Source: a virus. From it: 64,000 nt of DNA. Location: the IMG/VR virus record IMGVR_UViG_3300048586_000548, positions 29,494-93,493 of that record; one strand, given 5' to 3'. This document shows, one piece after another, positions 27,621-38,302 of this stretch. Position numbers and translations under genes: made by a program. Under the pieces are notes generated by a model. It was given only the letters and a program-made list of their open reading frames with translations, did no database searches and was not told the origin of the DNA. Each line of letters starts with the position of its first letter. The first letter of the stretch is position 1.

Positions 27621-28541
27621 TTATGCTCCGGTGTACGAGCCGCCCTCGATCGGACTGCCCGGATCGAGGTAGTCGTCGTCTTCTGCTGCCCCCACCACCT
27701 GGCCGCCCTCGACCATCAGGAGCGTGCCGTCGGGCAGGTACGTCAGGTTTGCGCCCGTACCGCCATACGCCAGAGCCAGAATTCCGCCCGGGAACGACCC
27801 GCCGCCCGAGGTGCCGGTACCGAACTCGCCCACCGGAGGGATCGGGTTCCCCGCGAAATCTTCCACGACGAACGTGAACTTGCTCTCAGAGTAGCGCACC
27901 GAGCCGCCGTCGCCGCGCAGCACGCGGGTGGTGTCCAGGACGCGCACGCGCCACCAGGCCGGTTCGATCCAGCTCACGCGGATCTCGTTGCCCGCGTTCA
28001 GGGCGCCCACCAGCTCCTGCTCCAGCACCAGCGTCGTGCCCGTGGCGTAGTTCACTGAGTGGCGCACCCAGGCCCCGCTGGCCATCAGCGCGTCCACCAC
28101 GGCGTACTTCAGTGTCGTGGGGTGCACTTCCCCGGTCAGATCGGGCACGGTCAGCGTCTGGCCCGAAATGCCCGTGACGGTGGTCTCCAGGCTGCGGCCG
28201 CGGTTGAGCAGGTTGGTAGTGCCGTCGTAGATGTACACATACGGACCAATGCCTCGAGACTGCAGCGAACGACTCTTCAAGCTTTCGAGCCAGCGGTACT
28301 GCATCTCGTAGCGTCGCGCCTCGGGTCCGAAGTTGGACCAAATCCAACTGCGGCGGCGCGGGTCGCGGCTCGGCATCTGGACGATCACGCGTCCGTCAGC
28401 GGTTTCCACCTGCTCGCCGAGCTCGGTCGAGGGATAGTCCACGCGGGTCGGGGTGGGAAACAGCTCGACTTCGAGGCCCGACTTGGCCCCGTTCTCGTCG
28501 GGCATCGCCACCCAGAACCCCTTCTTCAACACGGTCGTCAT
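27621..28541 (-). CDS. distal-tail-like protein
   Basis: First gene after the tape measure; LFPTPTRVDY..ETADGRVIVQ. Confidence 0.55.
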   Translation of the reverse strand: MTTVLKKGFWVAMPDENGAKSGLEVELFPTPTRVDYPSTELGEQVETADGRVIVQMPSRDPRRRSWIWSNFGPEARRYEMQYRWLESLKSRSLQSRGIGPYVYIYDGTTNLLNRGRSLETTVTGISGQTLTVPDLTGEVHPTTLKYAVVDALMASGAWVRHSVNYATGTTLVLEQELVGALNAGNEIRVSWIEPAWWRVRVLDTTRVLRGDGGSVRYSESKFTFVVEDFAGNPIPPVGEFGTGTSGGGSFPGGILALAYGGTGANLTYLPDGTLLMVEGGQVVGAAEDDDYLDPGSPIEGGSYTGA

Positions 28542-28558
28542 GGTCGTCTCCGGATGGC

Positions 28559-28594
28559 AAAACGCTCCCCAACGGCACAGCACGTCGGGGAGCG
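28559..28594 (-). terminator. terminator-like hairpin in the leader of the tail-tip operon
   Basis: CGCTCCCCGACG..CGTTGGGGAGCG followed by TTTT, ending 17 nt before the ATG. Confidence 0.45.
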
Positions 28595-28620
28595 CTTCGC
28601 GCTACTTTGCAGTCCGCCCC

Positions 28621-28672
28621 AAACAGAAACTCCCCGTGACACTAGTAGGTCGAGTCACGGAGAGGTTCGTCG
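28621..28672 (-). promoter_or_regulatory. terminator hairpin after the tape measure with a candidate promoter (CGACG-N15-CGACCTA) whose -10 box lies in its loop
   Basis: CTCTCCGTGAC-TCGACCTACTAGT-GTCACGGGGAG-TTTCTGTTT. Confidence 0.55.
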
Positions 28673-28686
28673 AAGCTAGGGAAACC

Positions 28687-31600
28687 TTACGCGCTACGGA
28701 CGTCGAAGCTGGTGCCACGGCCGCCCAACTGATCCCGGAGAGCCGTCGCCACCTTGTCAGCAATCACGGCTTCCGACTGCCCCGGGGCGCCGTACACGTT
28801 GATCTCGATCGGACGATCCCCGGCCCCTTCCGTGCCCGTGCCGCCCGACCCAAAGGGCTGGAAGCCCGGGACCACAAATCCGGCCGGGACGTTCAGGAAC
28901 CGGCTGCCCAGCGTCAGCTGCTGGGTCTGCACTTCAATCGCCTGGATCTGCTCGCGGGTGTTGCGCTCAATGCGCTCCAGGGCCGCCAGCTGGGGCTCGG
29001 TCTCCGGCGGCTTGGACTTCCCGAACAGCCCGCCCAATGCCCCGCCAAGGATTCCGCCGACAAACGCGCCGACCGGACCCAGCGGGGTGGCGCCACCGAT
29101 CAACGCACCGATCGAGGCCCCCTCCTGCCCGTAGCTGTCCTTGCCGCCGATCGCTCCGCCGATCAGCGCACCGGCCAGCGGCAGGGCGACGTCCGCGGCA
29201 CGCCCGAACTTGCCCAGCTTGCCGCTTCCGGCGAAGCTGAACTGCTTGCTGCCCCCGCTCGTCGACGGGGTGGCCGTGAGCAGCGCCGGATCAAGCGCAA
29301 TGGGCACTCCGCCCGGAATGTCAAGTACCGTCGGCGTCGGTCCCGTCGGGCCCGTCGAACTCGACGTGCCCCGAGACTTAGCGTACCACGCCACCGCGGT
29401 CGTCGCGGCTGCGGCCCCGCCCGCACCGGTCAGCCCACCGACACTCCCCGTCCCGACCACCGAACCAGCCTGCGCGGCGGCTGCGGAGATTTCCTGCTGG
29501 GTCGCGGCCGTCCACGCCGCCACACCCTTTCGGAAGCCCGCCTCGATGGCGGTCTCCGTGGACAGCGCACCGCTGGCAAACGCGGATGTCAGCTTATCCC
29601 CGAGCAGTCCGGTTTCACTGAACACATTCCGCAAGAACACGTCAACCAGGCGGGACTGCGCGGCCTGAGCCACACCCTCGGCCAGCTGCTGCAGGCCCTG
29701 CCCGCTAAAATTACGCGAACTGGACAAGAACGTCCGCAGCGGGGCGACGAGCTCCTGCACCAGCTGCGCAGACTCTTCCCGCGGACGCCGCTGCAGCTGC
29801 GCATTGGCACCGGACAGCACCCCGAAGCGCGCCACCAGCGCTTCAGACTGCGCGTTCAACAGGTCTTCGCCCAACTGGTTGTCGATGTCATTCATGCGTG
29901 CCGCAAGCTGACCATCGCCCACTTCGAACTGTTCCGACGCAAGGCGCCGCTGCTCTGCGGCCGTCGCCTCCGCCAGAGCCGACCGCTGCTGCTCGACCAG
30001 GGCAATCTGCCCCAGCTGCAAGGTCACCCCTGCCTGCGGGCGACGCGGGTCCGCCTGCGCCGCCGCCACATCCGCCTGGTTCAGTGCCCCGGTCAGTGCG
30101 GTCTGCCGCTGGGCGGCGCCCTGAATTCGCGTCAGTCGTCGGTTGATTTCCTGAATGCGCTCCTGTCGCTGAATCTCCGGGAGGATGTCCTTCTCCACCG
30201 CATCCGTCGCCGCCTTCAGCAATTCGCCCAGGCCGCCGATCGTGCTCAGGAGCCGTTCCGTCGTCGCCTGGTCCTCAGCATCCCCAAGCTCTCCCAAATC
30301 CGCCAGGGACTGCTTCAGCTGCAAGCCGATCTCTCCCACAGACCCGCCCGCCTTAATCGCCGTGTTCACAAACGCGCCCAGGCCCTCAGTGCTCGCGATC
30401 CGCACCTGCTCCTTCAGCAGGTTGATGCGGTTAAGTGCCCGGTCGCCTTCCGCCTTGGCCCCAGACACTTCGTCCACCAGCGAGCCAATCGCTGCTGCCT
30501 CACCCCGGCCCGGCGCCAATTCGTCATCAACAATCCGCGCGCCGAACTGCTTCTCGCCTCCGCCGAACTGCCCCTTCGACGCCACAAAGCTCGCCTGCGC
30601 GTTAATAAGGTCCCGCTGCAGGGTGATGGGCAGCGTCCCCAGGTCCTGCAACAGCTGCTGGGCATTGTCCGACCGAGCACGTGTCGCATCGAAAGAGATA
30701 CCGAACCGGTCCTGCAAATCCGACTGGACGCGATTCCGCGCGGAGCGCTCCGAAAAGGATACAATCGGAGCAAACAGCCGATCACGCACGCCACCAAGGG
30801 CCTGGTTCTTCGTACTCAACTCCGCCAGCTGGGACGTGCGACCTTGCGCGTCATTCAACGTATTAATGATCCGCTGTGTGCTACTAGTGTCCTGCCCAGC
30901 GGTGATCTCCCGCTGCAGCTGGTCGTCCAGTTTCTCCACGGCCAACTGCAACGCCTGCTTAATTGCTGCGGCGAACGCCGACCCTTCCTCGGACCCCAAA
31001 GCGCCGGTCTCATTGGCCAGCATCTGCACGCGGCCCTGCACATTGATTGCCGGAGCCAGCTGATCAACCAGCGCCTGCGCCACTCGATCCAGGTTCGCAA
31101 ACCGATAGTTGCTCTCCGTCAAGGACCGCCGCTGCGGATCGTTAGGGTCGGTAATGCCCCGCTCCGCAATAGCCTGGCGCAGCCGTTCCTGATTGCGGTC
31201 CGGCACGACAAACGGTACGTTGGCGTCCAGTCGCTGGAACAAGCGCAAATCATCGGCACTCAACAGCAACCGCTCGCGTGCGACCTTATCCAACGCCGCC
31301 AAGGGGGACTGTCCCGCGTCCGCCGCCTGCTTGGCAATCTGACTAATCGTTCCTGACGCGCCAAACTGCACGGCGCTGAGGTCACCAATCTTCTGCCCTC
31401 GGAAACTCAGCGCAGAGCTGAGCGACTCCAGAATCGCCTGCCCGGGGTCCCGAGAGAATACCCGAGTCCCTGAATATTCTGTCGCGTCCGAGCTCTGCCC
31501 CGCGGCGGATGCCACACTCCGCAGCTGCTTGCTCAGATTCACAGTGTTCTGCTGAAACTCCGCGACTACGTCTGCGAGATCCGTCCGAGCCTCGCTGAGG

Positions 31601-34600
31601 TACGTATTGGGAACAGCGAGCTCCAACTTCGCCGATTCCTTCAGGAGTCCCGCAGCTGCTGCGATTCGTTCCGATTCGTCGCCAAGCGCAACGAACCCAG
31701 GCAGGGCCTTGTCAAAGAATTCTACGAGCCGATTATTGGTCTCATTGAAGACCTGATTCCGCGGCAACGCGCCACTCGCCCGGTCCCGCTCCACCGAGGC
31801 CAGCACTTCGCCAGCGCCGCGCTGTACGATTTCCAGCAGCGCTTCCGGCGTCTGCCCGAAGCCCAGCGCGCGCTGCTCATACTCCTTGAAGAACGGACTC
31901 TGCTGAAACTGCTCCCGGTCAAACGGCTCGGCGGTGCGTACCCGCTCACGATCGGAGGCCCGCTGAAACAGCCGAGCGCCAGCTTGAAAGATCCCTACTG
32001 CAATTCCAAAAGCCGCCGTGTACGCCCCAAAGGAGGCCAGCCCGCCGAGAACCGTCGCCCCAAGACCACGGGCGAACGCCGCGCTAGAGTCGAGTCCACG
32101 CCGCAGCAAACTCGGGCCTCCAACGCCGACCATCCCATTCGCGCGCAGGGCGGCACTCTGTGCTGTTGCCTGCGCAGTTCGTGCCGCAGCTGCGGCATCC
32201 GCCTGAGCCGCCGCCGCAGCGGCATCCCTGTACGCCGCCCGACGCGCCTGCAGATCCGCCAATCGGCCCTGGCGCTGCTCGGGCGTCCCCCGGCTCTGCC
32301 GCTTCCGCCGATACTGGCCCGGCTTAAACGTCGGCGGATCCTTCGCCCTACGCGCGGCCCCGAGCATGTCCGCACGCGCGAGGCGTGCCGCCTCACGCAG
32401 AGGCACGGCTTCTTGTTCCGCGCTCACTGCCGCCGTCCGCAGTGACCGCAGGCCCTCAACCACCCCCGCCGCCTCCTCAGCACCAGACTCGGCCAGGACA
32501 GGAGCCACGCCACGCGACAGTCGCTGCTGCAGCGCCCGAGACACCAGCGACACCCCGCCCAGAGCCGCGCCGCCTAGCGCCACCGGCAGTCCAGGGTTCG
32601 CAGCGACTGCCCCGAACGCCCCCGCCCCGAGCTTCAGCCCGCCCTTCAGTGCCGCGCCGAGGCCCGTGTCCACGAGCAGCGACGAGGCGAACGCGGTAAA
32701 CGCGGTGGCAAACTGGGTCAGGCGCGCACTCACCGAGTCAAGTCGCAAGCGCACACGATCCTGCGTATCCCCGAATGCCAAGGCGCTGACCTGTGCCGTC
32801 TTCAGTGAGTCATTAAACCCGCCCAACAGCGCGGCCGCCAGGTTGACCTGTCGCGCACCGGCAAAGGTGACCAACAGTTGCTGTGCCCGAACGGTATCGC
32901 CGCTGGCGTTCAACTCCTGGAACTTTGCCGCAATGTCCTGCAAGATGTCCTGCAGGGGCCGCAGCGTGTTGGGCGTGTCTCCCGCCAGGTTGATGCCAAA
33001 CTCACCCTGCAGCGACCGGGCGACTTCCGGCGCAGACAGCCGCGAGATCATGAACCGAAGACCCGTGGCAGCCTGATTGCCCGACACCCGCGTGCGCTCG
33101 ATAATGGTCGTCGACGCGCCGATGATCAGGTCCAGCGCGTCCACCGCACCGAGCGCCTGCGGTTGTAGCTGTGCGGCGATGGAACCGGCACGCTGAATAG
33201 CCGTCGACAGGTCCGACGCGCTCACGGCGTACTGCGCCTCAATACGCGCGATGCGGTCGAGAATCTCGAAAGGCCGCACGCGCCCTTCCATGATGTTCTC
33301 CACCGCGATCAGGAATTCAGTGGCCTGCTTGGCGTCAAGATCCGCACCCGTCTGGGCGGCAAGCGACGCTCGAGTCAGATCCACCGTTTCCGTGGAACTG
33401 GCACCGGTCTGCGCGAAGAACTTGCTCGACTGCACCGCCTGACGAAGCGGCACACCGAAGTCAGCGGCTGCCCCAATGACGCCGCGCCCGATATTCTGTG
33501 CTTCCCCGCTCGAGCGCGAGCTCAGCACGCCTTGAATCTGCTTCAAGTCCACTTCAAGACCGACAGCCTCGGTGGCCGCCTGCCGCAGCTGGGACGCCAG
33601 CGTGAACACGATTCCGCCCGCAAACACGTACGCACTCAGCGACTGCAACTTGGTCTGCAAGCGATCAATAAACTTACCGCCGCTCTTCTCCACCTCCACC
33701 GCCGACCGACTCGCCTCACCGAGCAGCTGCCCCTGCTTCCCCAGCTCCGCGTTCAGCGCGTTGTACTTCTTGGTCACGGCCTCCACATTCGCCGCGTCCT
33801 TTGAGGACAACGTGCCGGTGGCCCGCAGGCGCAGGTAGATCGACTCGGTCTCCTTCAACACAGCGTTCAGCTCAGTCTGAAGCGCTCGCTCCTGGTCAGC
33901 GCGCCGACCCTGCAACGCCTTGTTATCCGTTGGCGCCTTGCTGCGCGCCCCGGCCAGGGCGCTTTCCGTCAACGCACGGCGCGCCTCCAGCTCCTGCAGC
34001 TGCGTCAGGTCTCGACCAAGTTCCGTCCGCTCATTCTGCAGGCCCAACACCGCCGTGGCCGCAGACTTCACTTGCGGGGTGTTGCCCCCAAAGAACCGGG
34101 GATTGGCGTCGGCCACCGACAGCGACCGCTCAGCAAACGACCCGAGCACCGCGTCAAACTGCGCAGACTCCTTGGCCAAGCCGGTACGGATGTTCCCCAC
34201 TGGCAGACCCGTGGCGAGGTACGACTGTTCCAGCAGCTGCAAATCGCGCTGCTTCACCGCCGAGCGCTGCAACTGCTTGAAGTCTTCCGTCAGCAACTTG
34301 GCCTGCTGCGTCACACTCACCGGCAACGCGGGCAGCGCGGTGTCCGCGTCGAGACCCACGAACGGCTGAGCCGCCGCAGCCACCCCACCCGTGCCCGGCA
34401 AGCCCCCCTTCGTCAGCCGACGATTGATTGCGGCCAGCTCGCGCTCCTCCTGGACCACACGTTCCTTATCGCTCGCAAACTTGACCCTCGCCGCACGTTC
34501 CTGTGCGTCGGTGCCGGTGCGCGTCGCAATCGACTGGAACTTCTCAAAGGTCACCGCCAACGGCGCAAGCGTCTTCTGCATCTTGTCGAAGGCTTCGATC

Positions 34601-37272
34601 ATCGGGTCGAAGCCCACCTTCGACAACGACTCCAGCGTCTTCAGCACCCGCGACAAACTAGTCTCGACCTTGGCCAGGACCTTCTCGAACTCCGCAGCCG
34701 TGCGCACTTCCGGCGACAGCGACGCTGCCCCGTCGGGGCGGTTCAGCACCGGCCCAACCACCTCGGAGATCACACCGCCTCGCCGCGCACGACGGCGCTC
34801 CGCCTGCGCCATCAGGACACCGTCGAGGACCCCACGATCCTTTTCAATCGCCCCCGGCTTGTAATAGGCCCCACCGAACTCGATCTCCTGCTGCATCGCG
34901 AGGATGCGCTTCTCGCGAGCCTCACTCGGGTTCGTCGCAAACTCCGCCTGCGCCGCACCCAGCAGGCGCTGCGTTTCGTCCAAGCGGTCTCGGGTTGCCG
35001 GGGCGAAGGTCCCGCCGGAGTCAAACCACGCCCGCAGCTCGCGCTGCCGCTGCTCCAGCGACTTTTCCGTGCGCACCCGCTGTTCCGCCACCCCGCCGGA
35101 CGGCCCAATGGGCGTCGTCTCGACCGACAGATCAGGATTGAAGTCCGGCCGGTCCGGTTCGCTGCGCGCGCGGGTCTGCTCAAACGCCGTCTTTGCCCCG
35201 GTGAAGTCCCGCAAGAACGCAATGATATCGTCCGCGTTCTCGCCTGCCTTCCGGGCGCTCTTCGGCGTCGCCCCCGTGATCGACGACAGCAGGTCGTTCC
35301 GTTGGATTTCCTGCACCAGCTCCTGCGGGAGGGCCACGCCCTTTTCGTACTGGCGCAGGGCACCGACGTAGCGCTCCAGCGTGCGCTTTACATACGCACC
35401 GACTTCTTGCGGGAACAGCACCAGCTCGCGCTCGATACCCGGGTTCGACTCCTTCAACAGGTCCGCGCGCTGCACCGAGCTCCGGAGCGCCCCCAAACTT
35501 CCGCGGTACTGGTCCGGGCTGATCTCATCCGCGGAGAGCTTCCGCTTGAGTTCGGCTTCGTACTGGGCCGTGCCAGCATTGACCAGCTTGTTCACCCCGG
35601 CAAACTGCGCCCCGCGCAGTTCGGCGTCCGCCGAATACAGTTGACCCGCAAGCTGCTGTGCCTGGCTCTCGAACACCCCGCGCTCGGCGCCCTCGGCGCG
35701 CTGGGCCGCCTCGGTCACATCAGCAAGCTGCTTCTCCAGCTTGCTCCGACGATCCCGCACTTCGCGGTACTCCGGCGCCTGGGTGACCCGACGCGTCGTC
35801 AGCGAGGCGGCCAGGTCTGGCGACGCCAGCACTCCCGACTCGGTCGCCAGTCGGAACAGCTCCTGGTCGCGCTCCGAGTACCCCGAGAGCACGCGCCCGG
35901 CCCGGCGGTTCGCCCAGGCCGTGAGGCCAGTCGGCTCACGCTCAAATCCTGCCATCGCCGCGTCGCGCTGCTTGGCGCTCACAAACGCTGGACCGCCCTC
36001 GCCCCGGGCGCGCTGATCTTCCACCAGCTTAATCGTTGCGTTCAGTTGCCCGTCAATGACCGCGAGCGATTCCCGCTTCTCGATAATGTCCTTCTCGACG
36101 CGCTTAATCTCCGCAATCGCGGCTTCACGCGCGGCAAACTGCTTTGGGTTCGCGTTGTCCGACGTGGTGGGAATCACACCGCCGTCCGTCACACCCAGGT
36201 CGGCGGCCAGCTCCGCCCGGCGCTCCTGCAACTTCTGCAGCTGCAGGCGACCAGCGTCTCGCTCCTCCAGCATGCGATCCCGCTGCTGCTCCCGCGCCGC
36301 CAGCGTGATCCCAGGCCCCGACGGGCGCATTACCTGCTCGTACTGCCGCGCCTGCCCCTCCGTGACCGGCAGCACCGCGCGACCATTGGGCAGCACCGGG
36401 CCCGATGCCGCAGAGCGTGGCACCGCCGCACCCCCGCCGCCCGACTGGAACTGCAGCCCAGCCATCGCCTCGGTAATGCCCGCACGCAACGCTTCCCCGA
36501 GCTGCTTCGCTCCGGTTTCGAAGGCCAAGGAGAGTGCCTTGGAGTCGATCGCCATGGTGAGCTCAGCCCCGCCAGGCGTAGCGCGAGCCGACACCGATGC
36601 CTTGCCCAGCGCCTTTGACTGCCGAGCCACACGCTTCGCCAGCTCCTGCACAATCGTATTTGGGTCGAACAGCCGCGATTCCGCCTCTGCGAAGAAGTCG
36701 GGCGCGACTGACTCCCGCGCGGCATCCAGCTCCTTAACCTTTCGACGGAAGCCCGCAGGCATCTGTCGAGTGATCATCTCGCGCGCTACCGGCGAGAGCG
36801 TACCGCTGTCCTTGATCACGCGCTGCGTAGCGGCCAGAACCTTCTTGGTTTCCTCCAAGGCCGCGGTCGCCGCGATCACCTTCGGATCGGACGGTACCAC
36901 CGACCGATCGTTGGACCCACCACCCCCGCCGCCACCGCCCGCCATGGCCCGCAACGCCACCGTGAGGTCGCGAATCTCCTTCTCGAGCCCACCGCCGCTG
37001 ACCGGACCCGGCTCCGAATACCCGCCGCCCTCGCCGCCGCCCCCGCCCTTGACGCCCTTACCGTACGCCGGAGCCGCAGTCGCTCCCGACGAGACCGCCT
37101 TGGCGACCTGCTCAGAGATCTTCCCCAACGACTCGGTCCGCACGCGCACATCAAACTCCGCACCCTTGGTGCTGAGTTCCTGGATGGCGCGAATGGTGTC
37201 ATAGAGCTGCTGCAAGTCCTTGAGCTGCGTCATCTCTACGGCAATGACGTACTCGAGATTGCTCTTTGCCAT
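28687..37272 (-). CDS. tail tape measure protein (2861 aa)
   Basis: Very long Ala/Gln-rich helical ORF; TP901-like core (AVSASDLSTAIQRAGS..RTRVSGNQAATGLRFMISRL); Gly-rich GALIGG repeats near the C-terminus. Confidence 0.9.
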   Translation of the reverse strand: MAKSNLEYVIAVEMTQLKDLQQLYDTIRAIQELSTKGAEFDVRVRTESLGKISEQVAKAVSSGATAAPAYGKGVKGGGGGEGGGYSEPGPVSGGGLEKEIRDLTVALRAMAGGGGGGGGSNDRSVVPSDPKVIAATAALEETKKVLAATQRVIKDSGTLSPVAREMITRQMPAGFRRKVKELDAARESVAPDFFAEAESRLFDPNTIVQELAKRVARQSKALGKASVSARATPGGAELTMAIDSKALSLAFETGAKQLGEALRAGITEAMAGLQFQSGGGGAAVPRSAASGPVLPNGRAVLPVTEGQARQYEQVMRPSGPGITLAAREQQRDRMLEERDAGRLQLQKLQERRAELAADLGVTDGGVIPTTSDNANPKQFAAREAAIAEIKRVEKDIIEKRESLAVIDGQLNATIKLVEDQRARGEGGPAFVSAKQRDAAMAGFEREPTGLTAWANRRAGRVLSGYSERDQELFRLATESGVLASPDLAASLTTRRVTQAPEYREVRDRRSKLEKQLADVTEAAQRAEGAERGVFESQAQQLAGQLYSADAELRGAQFAGVNKLVNAGTAQYEAELKRKLSADEISPDQYRGSLGALRSSVQRADLLKESNPGIERELVLFPQEVGAYVKRTLERYVGALRQYEKGVALPQELVQEIQRNDLLSSITGATPKSARKAGENADDIIAFLRDFTGAKTAFEQTRARSEPDRPDFNPDLSVETTPIGPSGGVAEQRVRTEKSLEQRQRELRAWFDSGGTFAPATRDRLDETQRLLGAAQAEFATNPSEAREKRILAMQQEIEFGGAYYKPGAIEKDRGVLDGVLMAQAERRRARRGGVISEVVGPVLNRPDGAASLSPEVRTAAEFEKVLAKVETSLSRVLKTLESLSKVGFDPMIEAFDKMQKTLAPLAVTFEKFQSIATRTGTDAQERAARVKFASDKERVVQEERELAAINRRLTKGGLPGTGGVAAAAQPFVGLDADTALPALPVSVTQQAKLLTEDFKQLQRSAVKQRDLQLLEQSYLATGLPVGNIRTGLAKESAQFDAVLGSFAERSLSVADANPRFFGGNTPQVKSAATAVLGLQNERTELGRDLTQLQELEARRALTESALAGARSKAPTDNKALQGRRADQERALQTELNAVLKETESIYLRLRATGTLSSKDAANVEAVTKKYNALNAELGKQGQLLGEASRSAVEVEKSGGKFIDRLQTKLQSLSAYVFAGGIVFTLASQLRQAATEAVGLEVDLKQIQGVLSSRSSGEAQNIGRGVIGAAADFGVPLRQAVQSSKFFAQTGASSTETVDLTRASLAAQTGADLDAKQATEFLIAVENIMEGRVRPFEILDRIARIEAQYAVSASDLSTAIQRAGSIAAQLQPQALGAVDALDLIIGASTTIIERTRVSGNQAATGLRFMISRLSAPEVARSLQGEFGINLAGDTPNTLRPLQDILQDIAAKFQELNASGDTVRAQQLLVTFAGARQVNLAAALLGGFNDSLKTAQVSALAFGDTQDRVRLRLDSVSARLTQFATAFTAFASSLLVDTGLGAALKGGLKLGAGAFGAVAANPGLPVALGGAALGGVSLVSRALQQRLSRGVAPVLAESGAEEAAGVVEGLRSLRTAAVSAEQEAVPLREAARLARADMLGAARRAKDPPTFKPGQYRRKRQSRGTPEQRQGRLADLQARRAAYRDAAAAAAQADAAAAARTAQATAQSAALRANGMVGVGGPSLLRRGLDSSAAFARGLGATVLGGLASFGAYTAAFGIAVGIFQAGARLFQRASDRERVRTAEPFDREQFQQSPFFKEYEQRALGFGQTPEALLEIVQRGAGEVLASVERDRASGALPRNQVFNETNNRLVEFFDKALPGFVALGDESERIAAAAGLLKESAKLELAVPNTYLSEARTDLADVVAEFQQNTVNLSKQLRSVASAAGQSSDATEYSGTRVFSRDPGQAILESLSSALSFRGQKIGDLSAVQFGASGTISQIAKQAADAGQSPLAALDKVARERLLLSADDLRLFQRLDANVPFVVPDRNQERLRQAIAERGITDPNDPQRRSLTESNYRFANLDRVAQALVDQLAPAINVQGRVQMLANETGALGSEEGSAFAAAIKQALQLAVEKLDDQLQREITAGQDTSSTQRIINTLNDAQGRTSQLAELSTKNQALGGVRDRLFAPIVSFSERSARNRVQSDLQDRFGISFDATRARSDNAQQLLQDLGTLPITLQRDLINAQASFVASKGQFGGGEKQFGARIVDDELAPGRGEAAAIGSLVDEVSGAKAEGDRALNRINLLKEQVRIASTEGLGAFVNTAIKAGGSVGEIGLQLKQSLADLGELGDAEDQATTERLLSTIGGLGELLKAATDAVEKDILPEIQRQERIQEINRRLTRIQGAAQRQTALTGALNQADVAAAQADPRRPQAGVTLQLGQIALVEQQRSALAEATAAEQRRLASEQFEVGDGQLAARMNDIDNQLGEDLLNAQSEALVARFGVLSGANAQLQRRPREESAQLVQELVAPLRTFLSSSRNFSGQGLQQLAEGVAQAAQSRLVDVFLRNVFSETGLLGDKLTSAFASGALSTETAIEAGFRKGVAAWTAATQQEISAAAAQAGSVVGTGSVGGLTGAGGAAAATTAVAWYAKSRGTSSSTGPTGPTPTVLDIPGGVPIALDPALLTATPSTSGGSKQFSFAGSGKLGKFGRAADVALPLAGALIGGAIGGKDSYGQEGASIGALIGGATPLGPVGAFVGGILGGALGGLFGKSKPPETEPQLAALERIERNTREQIQAIEVQTQQLTLGSRFLNVPAGFVVPGFQPFGSGGTGTEGAGDRPIEINVYGAPGQSEAVIADKVATALRDQLGGRGTSFDVRSA

Positions 37273-37276
37273 GGGG

Positions 37277-38302
37277 TTACCTTGCGTCCGAAGTCAACAG
37301 CTGATCGAGCATTTCCACGACGGCTGTGCGCAGCATGTCCGTGTCTTCCGTGTACATCCCACCCTCAGCCGTGGTGAGCGCGTTCATCGGCTGTGTTCCC
37401 GCCAGCAGCAGCCCGAACTTGGGCCGCGGACTGTAGTACCACGTCTTCATCGGCCCGACGCCTGGGTTCGCGCCATCCTTGGCCTTACTCCGCCGAATGC
37501 CCGTGCCGAACTCCACGTGGCGCCAGAACGACCGGTACCGAGACGTGCTCGGGCGGCCCGTAAACGCTTGGGTCGCGGACGGTGTTTCGAGCTGATCGAG
37601 GTACGACATCAAGCCCACCCCGATCAGCGCCCCACCATCGTCCGTCGGAACTTGCGCCACGAAGGACGCTTCCGTCATCAGGCTCAGCAGCGCCATCAGC
37701 CGCTTCCGGAACTGGTTGCCCGCCATGTTGCTCAGGTAGTGCGAGCCCTTCCCGGGCTTCTGCTCCCCACGACGATCCTGCGTCCCACCCAGGCGCTTCC
37801 GCAGCGCGTCAGCCATCGCCTGTGCCCGCTTGCTTGCCCCTTCCACCGCTTCCAAGTCTCCGCTGATCTGTGCCTCGTTCAGGCGCTCCAGTGCCGCGTC
37901 GAGCTTGTCCTTCAGCGCGAGGTCCGTCATCCGCTTGCGCGGCGAGTACAGCGTCTCCTGTCCGTTCTGCGACAAGACTTGCATCTCCAGCGACTTTTCC
38001 ACATTTGCCAAGAACCGGCGCCGGATCTGCCGCACCAGCGTGCGAATCACCACCGCCCGGAGCAGGCTCGCCACCGCAGTCTGGTTGACTGCCGACTCCA
38101 AACGTGCCGCGGCTTCCTCGAAGCCCACGGTCTTCATGTTGAACCGCACCTTGATCGTGAACTCCCGCGGCACGTCCCGCGGCAAGGTGGCTCGCATTTT
38201 CTCACTGGGCGCCACGTCGTACGCCGCCCCGGCACTCCCCGCGGGGGAAGTGCCGAGTGCCTCAGCAACCAGCTCGGCGTCCGTCCTACGCTTCCGTGTC
38301 AT
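37277..38302 (-). CDS. virion morphogenesis protein, HK97 gp10-like C-terminus
   Basis: FWRHVEFGTG..GTQP motif; position in the tail module. Confidence 0.45.
   Translation of the reverse strand: MTRKRRTDAELVAEALGTSPAGSAGAAYDVAPSEKMRATLPRDVPREFTIKVRFNMKTVGFEEAAARLESAVNQTAVASLLRAVVIRTLVRQIRRRFLANVEKSLEMQVLSQNGQETLYSPRKRMTDLALKDKLDAALERLNEAQISGDLEAVEGASKRAQAMADALRKRLGGTQDRRGEQKPGKGSHYLSNMAGNQFRKRLMALLSLMTEASFVAQVPTDDGGALIGVGLMSYLDQLETPSATQAFTGRPSTSRYRSFWRHVEFGTGIRRSKAKDGANPGVGPMKTWYYSPRPKFGLLLAGTQPMNALTTAEGGMYTEDTDMLRTAVVEMLDQLLTSDAR

Noticed and set aside
17646-36618. Very long + strand ORFs (17646-21743, 25014-28058, 28453-31356, 34072-36618)
   Set aside because: Antisense shadows of GC3-biased - strand tail genes; Arg/His/Gly-rich with no motifs
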